This document shows, piece by piece, positions 1 through 12,302 of a DNA stretch of 64,000 bases. The notes below the pieces were generated by a model. The model did not search any database. It was not told where the DNA came from and worked only from the letters and a program-made list of their open reading frames with translations. The translations under genes and the position numbers were made by a program. The stretch's first letter is position 1. Every line of letters begins with the position of its first letter. Source of the stretch: Lingula anatina (lineage: Eukaryota; Animalia; Brachiopoda); NCBI GenBank assembly GCA_051362555.1, contig CM120647.1, positions 4,030,001 through 4,094,000 on the forward strand, in the 5' to 3' direction.

Positions 1-520
1 TAGTTATTAAATCGCAAGAATATTTTTGACTTAAATGATGATTTTATTATTAATGGAAATTAAGCTACTATATGAGGTACATTTGCTGTGATTACGCTGT
101 CCTTCATGTTTTGCGTAAGTCTACATTTTGCTGTATGTGCATGTAATCTTTTTAAATATGTGCGTACAATTTTTGCAGGTCTGGTTACCCCCCTGTTATG
201 TGATGAGAGTATTAATTTGGCAATTAGTTCCTTAGCTTATTTGAATAGAATTGCAGTGTAAAATTTTTAACAAGATGTTGGCGAAATAGCCCATTACTCT
301 TTGTAGGTATTTCCCCCGTCAAAGTTTGTCTAAAATTATCTTTCAATCTTTACTCTTTCAAAGACAGTATAAAGTTACCTGACATATTTTCGTGTAAACT
401 TAATGACAAGCCAAGTGTCTCCAGTTCATTCCGTACTCAATTTTACCCAAGCAAATTTTTTCTTGAGTAGATCTTTATAGCACGTTGTTATAAGCTTACA
501 AATTTGCAAAAAAAAATTGC
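1..520 (-). mobile_element. Highly decayed LINE (L2/Crack/Daphne-like) 3' ORF2 remnant
   Basis: Broken minus-strand peptides ..ELETLGL.., ..RLKDNFRQ.. and ..KELIAKLILSSH.. resemble the C-terminal region of L2-group ORF2; many stops and frameshifts. Confidence 0.35.
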
Positions 521-1594
521 GTACTGACGCAGAATTTGCGTTTCAAGTTATAAAATAATCAATCTTTTAAATTCTTTAATATTTCAGATGAAATAATCTT
601 CAGAAACAAATCCTCAAAGCATAAACGAATTAGGATAACGAACCATTTTATTATAGCAGTTCCCATTTTTTCTTTAATATAACGCTCTTTTTCCTGTTTT
701 TCTTCAACACGTTTTCTTCCACGGAAGCTTCAAGATACCCTGAGAGCAATTTCTTTTATTAATGTTCGCGACCGTGTTTGAACTTAATTGTTTAAGTATT
801 GATATTTAACGTCATTTACAAATACCAATAAAATAACCCCATGAAATAAATGAGATATATTGAAAAATATGAAAGCCCACCAAGACGAGTTTCATACCTG
901 TTATTACCTGGCTTGGGAATTGCAGCGGTGCATAATTAACAGGTTTGTTGTAAACGAGCTTTTGGTCAACTACAATGCATTTAAAATGCATCAGCAATCA
1001 GTAAGTTTGCCAACTGATGACAGTTAATCTGAAAGACTACCAGCTCTTGATATGATCTAAACCACCTGAGGTGACCATGATCTAGAGCATCGCAACTATT
1101 GTCACCGAAGTTAGTAAGTAAGTCACGGAAGACCGTCACAGACAAAGAAAGATTGTCAACGAGAGCTGCAATTTTGGTGAATCCCACGGCAACACACCGA
1201 GGCATAACGAAAATTCCTCAACTCCGTTCAACACAACTTTCCTTAACTTCTCCGTCTGTATGCACCTGCAGCTCAGTTGAGTCTCATAGACCTTTATCGT
1301 GATTGTCGTCACAGTACCACGTGACCCAGATCTGTTGCTTCATTTTTGCATATTGAGGTGAGGTTTACTAAAACGCTTTTTTTCTACTAATAGATTGTTT
1401 TTATAATTTTTAAATGGCGGGGATCGATTAAAACATACCTCTAGTGTATAGATTGAGTGCTGTATCTTCAAAATTCGAGAAATGGATTTTTACATGAACA
1501 TTGTCCTTTAATACAAATCTAGCTACATATGTAGAAATATGTGTTCCGAAATCATCAAAAGTCATTGAATTTGGTGCTCTCAAGAGGACACTTA

Positions 1595-2069
1595 GAGACC
1601 ATTCCCACAGATACTTAGATAGATCTATCCCCCTGGGGAGTCTCACTAGATTGCTGTCAGCTTAATCGGCTTAAATGTCTGTCCCGCCTACTAAAAGCTG
1701 TAAGGGTCTAATTAACTTTTGTGCGCACTCGGCTCCCAGAAGCTGACAGCAATTTAGCGTGAACCCGCAGGGAGTTAGGTGGATCCAGATGGATCGATCT
1801 AAGGGACCATTCCCACAGAAATTTGGATCGATCTATCTCCCTGGGTAGTCTCACTTAATTGCAATCAAAGTATCCGGCTTAAACGCCTATCACGCCTAGT
1901 AAAGCTGTTAGGGGTAATTATCTTTCCCCCTAGCTGATTCAGTAGGCGTGGCAGACATTTAAGCCTCTTGAGCTGATAGCAATTTAGCGTGAACCCCCAG
2001 GGAGTTAGGTCGATCCAGATAGATCGATCTAAGTATGGGAACCCAGTCTAAATCTGTGGGAACCCAGCC
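1595..2069. mobile_element. Tandem pair of PIF/Harbinger-like MITEs (AGATCGATCT family)
   Basis: Two ~210-270 bp units with inverted ends (..CCATTCCCA / TGGGAACCCAGCC), flanked by TTA at 1592-1594 and 2070-2072. Paralogous introns at ~15715 and ~23660 (rc) show the empty site. Confidence 0.75.
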
Positions 2070-2084
2070 TTACATTGAAGCCAT

Positions 2085-2330
2085 TCAGAACAGAAGATTT
2101 GAGGGTCCTCTGATCCACGGATCAAAATATGGAAGAAGAGCAGACTAATCCGCCGATGGTCTACTGGCCTCCACACGCGCCATTAAAAAAATCATGGCTG
2201 CGATGTTTCATTGTTAGACCCCTGCAAGGACGGTGAGTGTGGAAGCGGGGAGAACATTAGCGGATTAGCCGTCTTTTCTGTCATGTAGGGTCCTCACAAT
2301 TGATCCGTGGATCAGAAGATCCTCAGATAA
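2085..2330. mobile_element. MITE with inverted ends (second copy, inverted, at ~23270-23525)
   Basis: GAGGGTCCTCTGATCCACGGATCAA ... TTGATCCGTGGATCAGAAGATCCTC. Confidence 0.6.
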
Positions 2331-2480
2331 AGTTGTTTCTTTTAAGAAACCTTAAAAGGTATTTCTTACTTATTCCTTTAAGGCAAGTACATGAATGCCT
2401 AAATAAGCTCCTCCTTCAATTTATTTTTTGAGAAAATAATATCATATCATATATGCAATATATATTTTTTTCTCTTTCAG

Positions 2481-2913
2481 AATGTCCCCCAAACTTTATC
2501 AGCTCCAATAATTCCTGCTACTTTGTCAATTCGGCAACTAACCAAAATTGGACAGAATCTCAAACATTTTGCCAGAAGCTAGGGGCTAACTTGGTGGCCA
2601 TTGAGTCCCGTATGGAGAACGAATTCATCATCAATATCTTAAGACTAAACAACTTCGGTAAGTACCTGCACAAAACAGCAGGTGTGGTCCGACACACCTT
2701 TTAAAAATACAAGAAATACAAAAAGCAGAAATGCATATCAAATATAAACGTATTAAAAATAAGGAAAAATTAAAACTAAATAGTTATAAGTAATAAAACC
2801 ATATACGTGCCTTTTTATTCAACGTTATAAGTTTATCTAGTTGGTAAAACAACTAAAACCCAGATTCATTTAAGCCAGAATGCACTTGATACTGGGCGCA
2901 TTCAGAGGCGTTT

Positions 2914-2955
<42 letters not shown>

Positions 2956-3415
2956 TAAACCCTTCATGTGCGAACCAACTGAATGTCATGCTATGAAAAG
3001 TAATATAATTTACTTGTTTGCCTATGCTTGGGTCCCTGTTCGTCAAACTGTCCCCACTCAACAATATGCTTGTCTGAAATATGCTTTCAAAATGCAGATG
3101 TCACTTCACTTTTAGTGCAAACCCCTTTAATCGCCCGTTATATATTCATCCTTTCTTTTTTTCCTTCCAGCCGCCATCACATCTCCCCCTGCCTGGTGGA
3201 TCGGCGCCACTGACACCCAGACAGAAGGACACTTCGTATGGGCTGTGTTGAATACCACTGTGGACACGTGGTTTGGCCCGGATCCAGACAACGCCATCAG
3301 AGGGCAGGACTGTGGTACAATACGAGCCGACTGGAACTATACCTGGGACGACATCACGTGTCTCGCCCGACGAGGGTGTATTTGTGAACTGCGAATTAAT
3401 GAGTCGACTGATTAA
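2481..3415 (+). CDS. C-type lectin domain, last two exons (2481-2657, 3171-3415); copy 1, 5' exons not seen in the window
   Basis: ttcag|AA..G|gtaagt and ttccag|CC phase-1 junctions join in frame: ECPPNF..SCYFV..NWTESQTFC..LVAIES..ENEFI..|..WWIGATDTQTEGHFVW..WFGPDPDNAIRGQDC..WDDITC..CICE..TAA. This is a canonical long-form CTLD (perlucin-like). Confidence 0.9.
2918..2951. repeat. (CA)n microsatellite
   Basis: Direct read, in the CTL intron. Confidence 0.95.
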
Positions 3416-4129
3416 CTGGCAGTTACGTCACGTTCTTTACGTCACGTTATTGTGGACTTTGAAGTTATGAGTGCAATTTTTCGTTTCTGCGGCATTGTTT
3501 TGTTCCGTGCTCACGTCCCTGGTATGCCGTTCTTGTTCATCTGATTACTTAGTACAATACCACGTTAATCCTTGTAGGAAAAGGTATAAAAGTGATGTAG
3601 TCGTGAACTTTGCCAAGTTAACCATTTTATATACGCCGGATTGATCTCTATGAAATATAGAAATTCTTAGTCTAAAACACCATTCTGGTTTAACGCACAG
3701 TTTTTAATTGTACGCACATGCCTGTATTGAGTCAACTTTTTTTTTTCTTTTCGACTTTTTCGTCTTAATTAGCTTTCTTTCCAATTTCACATTGATGTAA
3801 TGCAATAACAGATACATTCCGCATATCTCCTACACACCTGTAGTGTCAGAATCAACTATTTAATTAAGGAAACCAAATGGAAAACTAAGTATATAGGTTA
3901 ATTGATAATTTGTCAGTTAAGGCAATTTTTATGAATGTCAAGCTAAGATGAGACAAAGAGTATACAGAAAATAAAAAAATCTAATAATGTGTTTTTCTTA
4001 TTGTCCATCACTAGAAGCACAAGTCTGTTATTTTGTCGTAACGGAGTGCCAAATGCGGTTTTAATCACAAAATATTTTTCTTCAATTTATTTTCACAATT
4101 GTGGCATTTTAATTCTCTCTGGATCTGCC

Positions 4130-4482
4130 AATGTTCCAGAACGTCAATGCCGTGTTGGATTCAAGTGTTGGGCGAAGTTTACGACCAGAAATTAACTAGG
4201 TGGTGTCGTCAGTTCTATGCATATCTCTCATGCAGAAGTGCACACAATAAGCCAGAGATGTATCTGTGAAAAACCAATGAAAAATCCACCTGGGGGCCTG
4301 GCGGAGAGTGGGTGAGACGGGAGTAACTTGAGTGCACACTTGTCACATCTACCGCAATCACGACCGAATTCACTCCATTTGGGGAATCTTCTATCAACTC
4401 CGTGATCTAATATAAATACGTTGAGACATGAAATCGCAAGCAGTAGGACACATACTATCGAAAAGTGCTTTACTTCGTCCAT
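4130..4482 (-). pseudogene. Possible decayed secreted-protein exon (PAN-like); paralog at ~21030-21335
   Basis: ATG at 4482 followed by a signal-peptide-like stretch (HFSIVCVLLLAISC), then a shifted frame SSYSRLTH..SGLLCALL. The paralog reads SSYFRLTHILPGLQ. Frameshifts and stops in both copies. Confidence 0.3.
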
Positions 4483-4668
4483 TTGTTACGTCCGCGTAAC
4501 AAAATACCACAAGCATGGCGACTCATTTAAAATGAGTACGATGCACTTTTGCAAAATATCTACTGTTATGTGGCTTGAACTTTCATATTTTAGAAAATAA
4601 ATAAGCATTTGTTCTTCTGTAAAAGCACAGCATATTTTTACCAATTAACCGTCAGGAATTCTCACTAA

Positions 4669-4894
4669 CACCCCATTTCCATAGATTTTTAGATCGATCT
4701 ATCCCTGTGGGGAGTCTCACTAGATTACTGTCAGCTTGGCCGGCTTACGCGTCTGTCCCGCCTACTAAAAGCTGTAAGGGGGTAATTAACTATGGTGTCC
4801 ACTCGGCTGACTGCAATTTAGCCTGAACCCCCAGGGAGTTAGGTCGATCTAAAACTTAATCTTTAGATCGATCTAAATCTCTGGGAAAGCACCC
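4669..4894. mobile_element. PIF/Harbinger-like MITE (AGATCGATCT family)
   Basis: Homologous to 1595-2069; TAA on both sides. Confidence 0.75.
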
Positions 4895-6801
4895 TAAGTT
4901 TACCATTGTGTTCTGTTTATATTTTGAATGAATGAATTGCTGTGACGCTGAAAATCTAACTGTATTGCCAGTGAACATGATTCGCCTTTTAGTCTGTTTC
5001 GCTGTTCGGTGTCTGAGGCACCTCCTTAAATATGTGGATGGGGAGTGTCTACTGTAGTAAGTCTTTATACATGTTCTCAATTTATGTTAATGAAATTGCT
5101 TATCTTTAACCATGGTCCCTTATTATTTATGTTGCAGTACTAGTGGTGATTTTTTTCATTGCAGGTGAATATTTTTTTGCAAATGGCAGGGAAAATTGGT
5201 GCTGCATAATTTGAAAGTGATCATGATGATATCAAACAACCTTTCAGAGATTGTTGTTTATGTAATTGTTTTCATATCTCTGTTGATAGGGATATGAAAG
5301 ATATATTTACTGAGTATTTGCACAGGACTAAAGACACTAAAGGCAAATAGACTAGATAGTCACTTTAATTTTTCAATAATAGTTGATTATTGCTGCAAAC
5401 CAATAGCTGATGGTTTACCACTTAATTGCTGGCTTACAATAGTCAAGCAGAAAGACAGAAAAGGAATGGAAAATTAAGAAAAGAAAAGAAGGGAAACAGA
5501 CATTTTGCAATTTATTATACATTAATCATGTCTATATTTATTATATATTAATCAAGATTCATGAGCAAAATGTTGTAAAAGAACACACAGAATATGATAT
5601 TTTGATTAATGTTAAAAATGACACTGTATTTTGAAATTACATACATTATCAGACTTGGTCACAAAGCTTTTATATGTTTTGTGACATTTTTCTTTTCATT
5701 TTATTTCATTTCGTAGAACTAGTATTCACTGTGACAAAACAGTCCATGTGTTTTTAAAAAGCTGGTGGTACTTGGTAATGAATGCAAATTAAATGTACTG
5801 GTAATGTTTACTTTTCTTTAATCTGCCAAATGTCTAGAGAAGTTCTTTAACATGAAACAACCAAAAAGTGCATTTAAATCATTGACAATCCAACACATGG
5901 TGTAGATTGTAACATCATACTTCCTTTCTTTTGAAGGTGCATTTTTACTATCATTATGTTAATTTATCATTTTTCTACTTTTATAACTGGCCAGTTAGTT
6001 GACCAACATGTTTCACTATGTTGTATATGTTGAATAAAACAATTTTAAGAAATATATATTCATTAAAATACTTTACTTCCAATGAAAACGAAAAAAATCC
6101 GCTTATCTCATCAATGTCTCACGTTACACAAATAACATAAATAAATATATATGTTAGCCAATTTAAGCTTGCACATGTACCACTGAAAATTTTAATCAAA
6201 CCTTTAGATATTGTTTTTATACAAATATCAGTCATAACAACGTAAAATGGAATTGGGACTTAAACCTATACAGAAAGTCAAATAAATGAATAAGCATATA
6301 AAAGGGCATTTACAAGTATTCGCCAAAGTGGAAATAAATGAAAATGTAAACAAACATTCAGTTGGGCTCTCCTTGGCCAATCTTCCTACAAAAACAACTG
6401 AAACATTTGTTTACAAGGTTAGCTTTGAATAAAATTTTAGCCACACAGTGATGGCCTTTAAACACTTAATACATGCTCTGGAATTTCCCGCACACTTTTT
6501 AGTTTGCAAATACTGATGAAAGTTACGCTGTTGTCATGGAAAATGTCACCGCGACTAGCCAGTTTGGCGAACATAAACTCGGTTAAACCAAACATTTCCA
6601 ATTAAAATATTTTAAATGATATGAAGCTTAAAAACACAATTGATATAGCATCTGATCGGAAGTATTATATGTAAACTTGTGCAGATAATATTGACATGTT
6701 TTGGTCAAATTTTCATTGTTTCACAATACGAACGCGACGTAAAATCCCTACGCCGAGACAGTATGTATCCTACTGCAAAGGTTGACCGAATCATTATTAG
6801 A

Positions 6802-9800
6802 CTAACATTTTTCCACATGAAACGCCAAACCTTTTAAAAGTCGTGTGCCTTGTACTCCAGATACGTGGTGGAGAGGTCGACTGGCTTCAAATTCCACCTC
6901 TGATGCATTGGCCTGAGGAAAGTGCCCGACTATTCCGTACGGTCCGTAGGTCTGTCGATTGGTGAAGAATTGCAGAATATTAAATACCGCCTGACCGCGC
7001 AAAGCTGCATCGTAGAAAGTTTCGAGGTGGACCCTAAAAGTGTCATATTAAAGACATTGGAGAGGGCTTTTCAACATTCCAATTTTACTATAGCACTTTT
7101 CAATGCATTTAATGACAATTAAAAGTTTATATGCAAAATGGCCAGATACAGTTTAAGACAGCAAAAAAAGTGCATGCAATGATGAGGAGAAGTAGCAAAT
7201 CTAAAGCAGACGAGAGGGATTGAAAAGGTTCTACAGTATATAACATATCATTCTTACGTGTTTGTATAATCAGTAATTCATTTAAAGGACTCTTATGAAT
7301 GTTAATTGTACTTGTACTTTCACAGATATTCTTTTCTCATAACACTTTGCAATATGGATTTTATTTCTGTAAAATTATTATTATTATTATACACACTTGG
7401 TGAAGTAAAGTTAGGGTAAGGGCTAACCCTAACCCTCTATCTGTAATTATTATAATTAAAATTTATTATTATTTTATTATAATTATTACTTTTACGGTAA
7501 TGTGCCTTGAATTTCGACCAGTGAGCAGTTTTGCGCGATCTTGATTTTCGTGAATTTCGTACACCTTAAAATCGGCCATCGGGCTATTTTGGCGCTCATA
7601 AAGATCTACAGCTAGACTTCACCTAAGCGTCCGAGCAAGAAGTTACAGCGCATCGTATTCATTGTAAACTAAGAAATAAAACATTTAATTGCTCGATTCT
7701 CCGTCCAAATAGCCGTTTTCTTGCCTAGAGTTGACGCATTCCTGTGCTTCGGCCACCTTGTACATCATCTACACCTAGCATTGCCATGCTGGAAACAGCA
7801 GAAGACTACAATAACACCTGTGGCGTGCGGTTCCTGTCACGCGCACTTCTTGTTTCCGCAAAAGATGAAAAGGGTTAATTTTAACGTCTAGATTACCTAT
7901 CAATCGCGCGAGCGTGTTTGTTTGAAGATGGTTTAAATGACAAAACGTACACACTTTTCACTTGGCGCAACTATTTGCAAGGAAATTGTCGGACAGCTGC
8001 TGGCCAAGATTGGGTTGCCTGAGCGAAAAAAGTGGTTGCAAAACGCAACCGTGGATATCGAGCCCTGCACCCAGGGGCCACCCCTCCCAACCTAGTATAT
8101 TTGATTGAAGACAACAATCGGCAGTCATCGTGTTCGCAGCGCACGGCGGGGAGAGACCGTAATACACAGTTCGGCTGCCGTAGTGAAGGCTACCTGTGCA
8201 CCGCACATACCGATCTGCGGCCGTAGTGGCCTCCCTGCACGGCGGAGAGAGGCCGTAATGCCAAAGCAGCTTCTGCAGTGAAGGCTACGTATGTGTCGAA
8301 GACACCGACTCACGCACGGCCAGGTGAGGACGCACACGCGCGTAAAGCTCCGCCCGACTTCAACGGTAAAGGCAATGAGCCGCAGAAGACCCTAATCGCC
8401 GATGAAGCCTACCTGTACGTGCGCCACAGACTTAGTGGCTGACGTCTTGGTTTCATCGCACAGAAAGGAGCAACGGTAACACTAAGCCATCCACAGTGAA
8501 GGTTATCTGGCCGTGGTAGACGCTTATCGCCGGCTGTCTCTCCCGTCCACTCCCGTTCTGAGCGCCAGGATCGTTTTCGAAAAACGACTAGTTTTTGGCT
8601 GCCAGAATCGCTTTTAAAAAAGGACACTACTGATAACGATGGTGTTTCGTGTCCCTTTCCGACAGTACCACTCGTTATCTAGCACCTTGGGCCGTACTCA
8701 GTGATCAGGTGAAAGTACGTGTATCCCTTGGGTCGCAATTACCGACATTTACCTATCATACATAATTGTAACTCTAAATAGATCGTTGGGATAACGTAAC
8801 ATAAGGCCTACCGACGAACAGACAATTTCCGGTTATATTTGACAGAATTCCATGAAATTCGAACGTTTGGAAGTACTTAGCACCTCCATTTCATGAATTT
8901 CCTCCAAAACGATCTTTTCCCAAATTTAATCATTTTTAACTGTTCGAAATTTATGGCACATTACAATGTACACACCTTTTGATGTATTCATTCTGGGCGA
9001 AGTGCTTTATTGTCTCCACGCCGCCGAGACCCCCTGCTAAGTGACCTTCTCTCCCTTGGTAAAAAAACTGAAGTCTAAAATAAAACAAAACGAAAAGAAA
9101 CTATAAATATATTGGTTTGGTGAAAAGTATTAATCTTTTGACCCCTATCGGTGTGAATGAACTTCATGCCATTTTTAAACTTGTACAAGTCTTGACGCTT
9201 CGAATTCCATTTCTTGCAATGATTTGCCTCCACGCTATTCAAATCGCAAGCCTTTTTAACTAATAGCAGTTTAAGTATTAATATATTCCTGGGATATTCC
9301 AGTCAGTTCAAAGTGAAGCAGATAAAAACTAAGCTTTTATCCTGGCAAAAAATCGTTTTATTTACCTTTGAAAATACCACCTTAGACTGGGTTCCCATAA
9401 ACGCACTGTACTAGCTTGGACGATCTAGCTCTACGGGGGTTCTAGTTAGGGTTCTTTAAGCGTAATCAGATTCAATGTCTGGCACACACCCCCGAGTATC
9501 TAGGCGGCCACATATACTGAATGCAATTAAGTGAGAGTCCCCCAAGAGTTATATCGATCTAGCTAGTACGATGCGTTTATGGGAACGCTCTCTTACCCGT
9601 CTATGAGTAGTCCATGTTGAACTCTGAATCCTGTGATCTTTCCGGTCCTAGCAATAGCGGCGTCATTGAATTGGGAGTCTCCCTCTGTCACTTCACCATA
9701 AGGACCGAATATAACGTCACATGGCGCTGGCACTTATAATATAATATAATATAATATAATATAATATAATATAATATAATATAATATAATATAATATAAA

Positions 9801-10236
9801 GTAACGTAACTTAACGCAACGCAACGCCATGCAATACAATACAATAAAATACAATAACGTTACGTTTGTATTGTTTTGTAATATTATGTACTCTTTTCCT
9901 ACGTGTGCGAGGCACATTGAAGAAAATACCTAAATTCACCCAATCCTCTTCATCAGCATCACGGTTTTCCACGGTGGTATTCCCAGCACTGGCATTAGCA
10001 TAGATCTCACAGCTTTTACTGACGCTGTGGTAGTTAGCTCCAGAACACATATCCTTCCCTCTGCAGAAATCGGCACACTCAACAACACTGGACTCATGCT
10101 GAGTGTCAACCACGGTCCCTGCTCCCCGCAGTCCACTTGTCACATTGAACCGTCCTTCCCTGACAGTGACACTAACTGATGACAAAAAGAAAAGAAAGGT
10201 CGCGCCTAGTGGTTTTAGTGCCGAACAACAAGCCAT
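6802..10236 (-). CDS. Secreted PAN/Apple + jacalin-like lectin, 257 aa; exons 10236-9930, 9732-9597, 9074-8976, 7033-6802
   Basis: All three introns are GT-AG with matching phases (1,2,2); 774 nt with no internal stop. Signal peptide; PAN pattern SVVECADFC..MCSGANY..SKSCEIY; jacalin pattern FGPYG..FND..GKITGFRVQHGLLIDGLQFFY..AGGLGG..NEYIKRV..LQFFTNRQTYGPYG..HVSG..GLAFH. Confidence 0.88.
7495..8968. mobile_element. Non-autonomous TIR DNA transposon in jacalin intron 3
   Basis: Imperfect 25-bp TIR, TAATGTGCCTTGAATTTCGACCAGT versus rc TAATGTGCCATAAATTTCGAACAGT; GC-rich interior with short subrepeats; possible TA target. Confidence 0.6.
9385..9592. mobile_element. PIF/Harbinger-like MITE inserted in a splice donor
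   Basis: Inverted ends GTTCCCATAAACGC / GCGTTTATGGGAAC; TTA at 9382-9384 and 9593-9595. Confidence 0.7.
9736..9797. repeat. (ATAAT)n pentanucleotide microsatellite abutting a splice acceptor
   Basis: Direct read. Confidence 0.95.
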
Positions 10237-11079
10237 ACTGTCAAGGAGTTTCTGTGTTCTTTAAATGTGGCATTCGCCGCCTAGCTCGCGTTCTCTTCAG
10301 AGGCGTGGTCAATCGAAAACGTATTTACCGTGTGGCTATGGAAAATTTGCCGAATTGAGGCTCAGATCAAGGCGAGACAAATATGTAACAGGATACAAAT
10401 CAAAGACGCCTGTAATTAACTTCTATTATTGTTGGAATATAGAATAAAATTAAAAGCGTTTCAATTGTATGGGTTCTATAGGAACAGGCGAATTGATGGA
10501 CTTAATTTACGTAATATCCGGACCATAGCTTCGATACACTTCCGCACATTAACACTGCCAGCCGGTTACGGATATCGGATACGGATACCGGATACGGCCA
10601 AAACGCAGACTCAAAGAAATGATTGAATAGATGTTTTTGACTATGTCAACATATATGCGCGTGAAAAACCAAAGTGATTGTCAGGTACCTTGCAAGTCTG
10701 TACCTTGTCATCCGTGACTTTATAACGATTTCATATAATGTGAGCACCACACAGTCACCAGACGCAGGTGCACGTGTACGAGATTTTCAAGCAGAGAGAG
10801 TTTTTCGCTGAAGGAATATTTTCATTTTTAGACAACCGTTTTTTATTGTTTTTGGAAAGAGCTAGCAGGGGAATTTGGTATTACTTCATGTAGTACGTCT
10901 ATTGCTGCAGTTTGTTGGTACATTTGATAAATGTAAAAACACTGACATCCCGCGGTCCCGTAGCCCAGGGGTCCAAGGGTGGTCAAGGTTTCAAATGAGT
11001 CCCCTTCCCTCTGTCCAAAAAAGAACCCCTCTTTTAAAATTGCTGGCTATGGGCTTTCCTGTGATAAAATGTATTGACT

Positions 11080-12051
11080 TACATGTCATTGTTTCTTCGC
11101 CGCTGAGACCTGCAAAGTGACCTTCTCTAACCTTGGTAAAAAAAATCAAGTCTGATATAAAAGGAGAGGAAAAAAAAAGAGACGAAAAGACAGAAAATTA
11201 TTGGCCAGCAACATAAGTGCAGCCTGTTAATATTCAAAATGGCGGCACCCTGAAATGCTAAAAATGAAACGTGGGGGCTGTAATAACATAATTATTTATT
11301 GCCCTATGCACCTACGCATTGCATTTTTAATAATGCATCAACAATTATAAAACTGAATTTTGCTCCCGGCCCCGAACAGATTTTGAGTGGTGATGCAATA
11401 CTTTTCAACCCCGCTGAGAATCGTCACTATCACATCGCGTACTAGGCAAGAGCGGTGTCGCGTCTGATACTGTGAAATGCGTACTGACACACACCTTGGA
11501 AATGGGTAGTGTGGTCTGATCTACCGGTGAATTCAGGATCATTCGGTGTCGAGTCTGGCAGTTGGGTAGGCCTGACAGTTGGTCATATTTTTGCTTCTCA
11601 CCATGGTCTGTGACTTTGGAGTGGTAACTTTGTTGTTGTTTGTAAGGTGCTCATTTATTTTGGCTTACGAATGTCTTTGGTATGGTTATTTACTCTTCAC
11701 TCTCTCTCCCTCTATATATAACAGGTTTGAGATAACTTTTTCGGTGAAAGGCACCGAAAGGATGAGTGCTTGTAACCACTGGCAAAGTTCCCATAGTCAA
11801 ATTTATAAAATAATTTGGTATTTTAAAGTTTATGCATATATTTTTTGCGTGAAGAAATATTATTTGGTTTGAGGCATCGTTACTTAGTATTTTTAATGAG
11901 TTATATATCCGTCTATGAGTGCTCCATCTTGAGGCCTGAATCCTGTGATCTTTCCGGCCCAAGCGATAGCAGCGTCATTGTATTTGTACTGAGAGTCTTC
12001 CTCTGTCACTTCACCATAAGGACCGAATATAACGTCACATGGCGCTGGCAC
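11080..12051 (-). pseudogene. Decayed duplicate of jacalin exons 2 and 3
   Basis: 12051-11910 reads VPAPCDVIFGPYGEVTEEDSQYKYNDAAIAWAGKITGF..LIDG with both splice sites lost. 11151-11080 is a frameshifted copy of exon 3 (TAC CAA GGT TAG). Confidence 0.8.
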
Positions 12052-12302
12052 GTTTAATGTAATGTAATGGAATGAACCATAACGCAACGTAACGCAACGC
12101 CATGTAGTGCACTACAATACAATGCATGTACAATACAATACAATACAATACAATACAATAGCGGAACGTAATGTGAGTATAGTTTTGTAACATTGTATGC
12201 TCTTTCAAAAATGATAAAATAATAATACAAGAAAGTGATTAATTACTCATTAATAAGGCTAATTCTACACTCTAAAGCTCGGGAACGCGTCGTAAACATG
12301 AA

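Noticed and set aside
7958-8627. GC-rich ORFs as a nested gene
   Set aside because: Interior of a TIR element, with no recognisable domain or splice pattern.
9325-9345. Alternative jacalin exon 3 acceptor (ttttgccag|G ATA AAA GCT TAG)
   Set aside because: Immediate stop; the exon at 9074-8976 fits both phase and fold.
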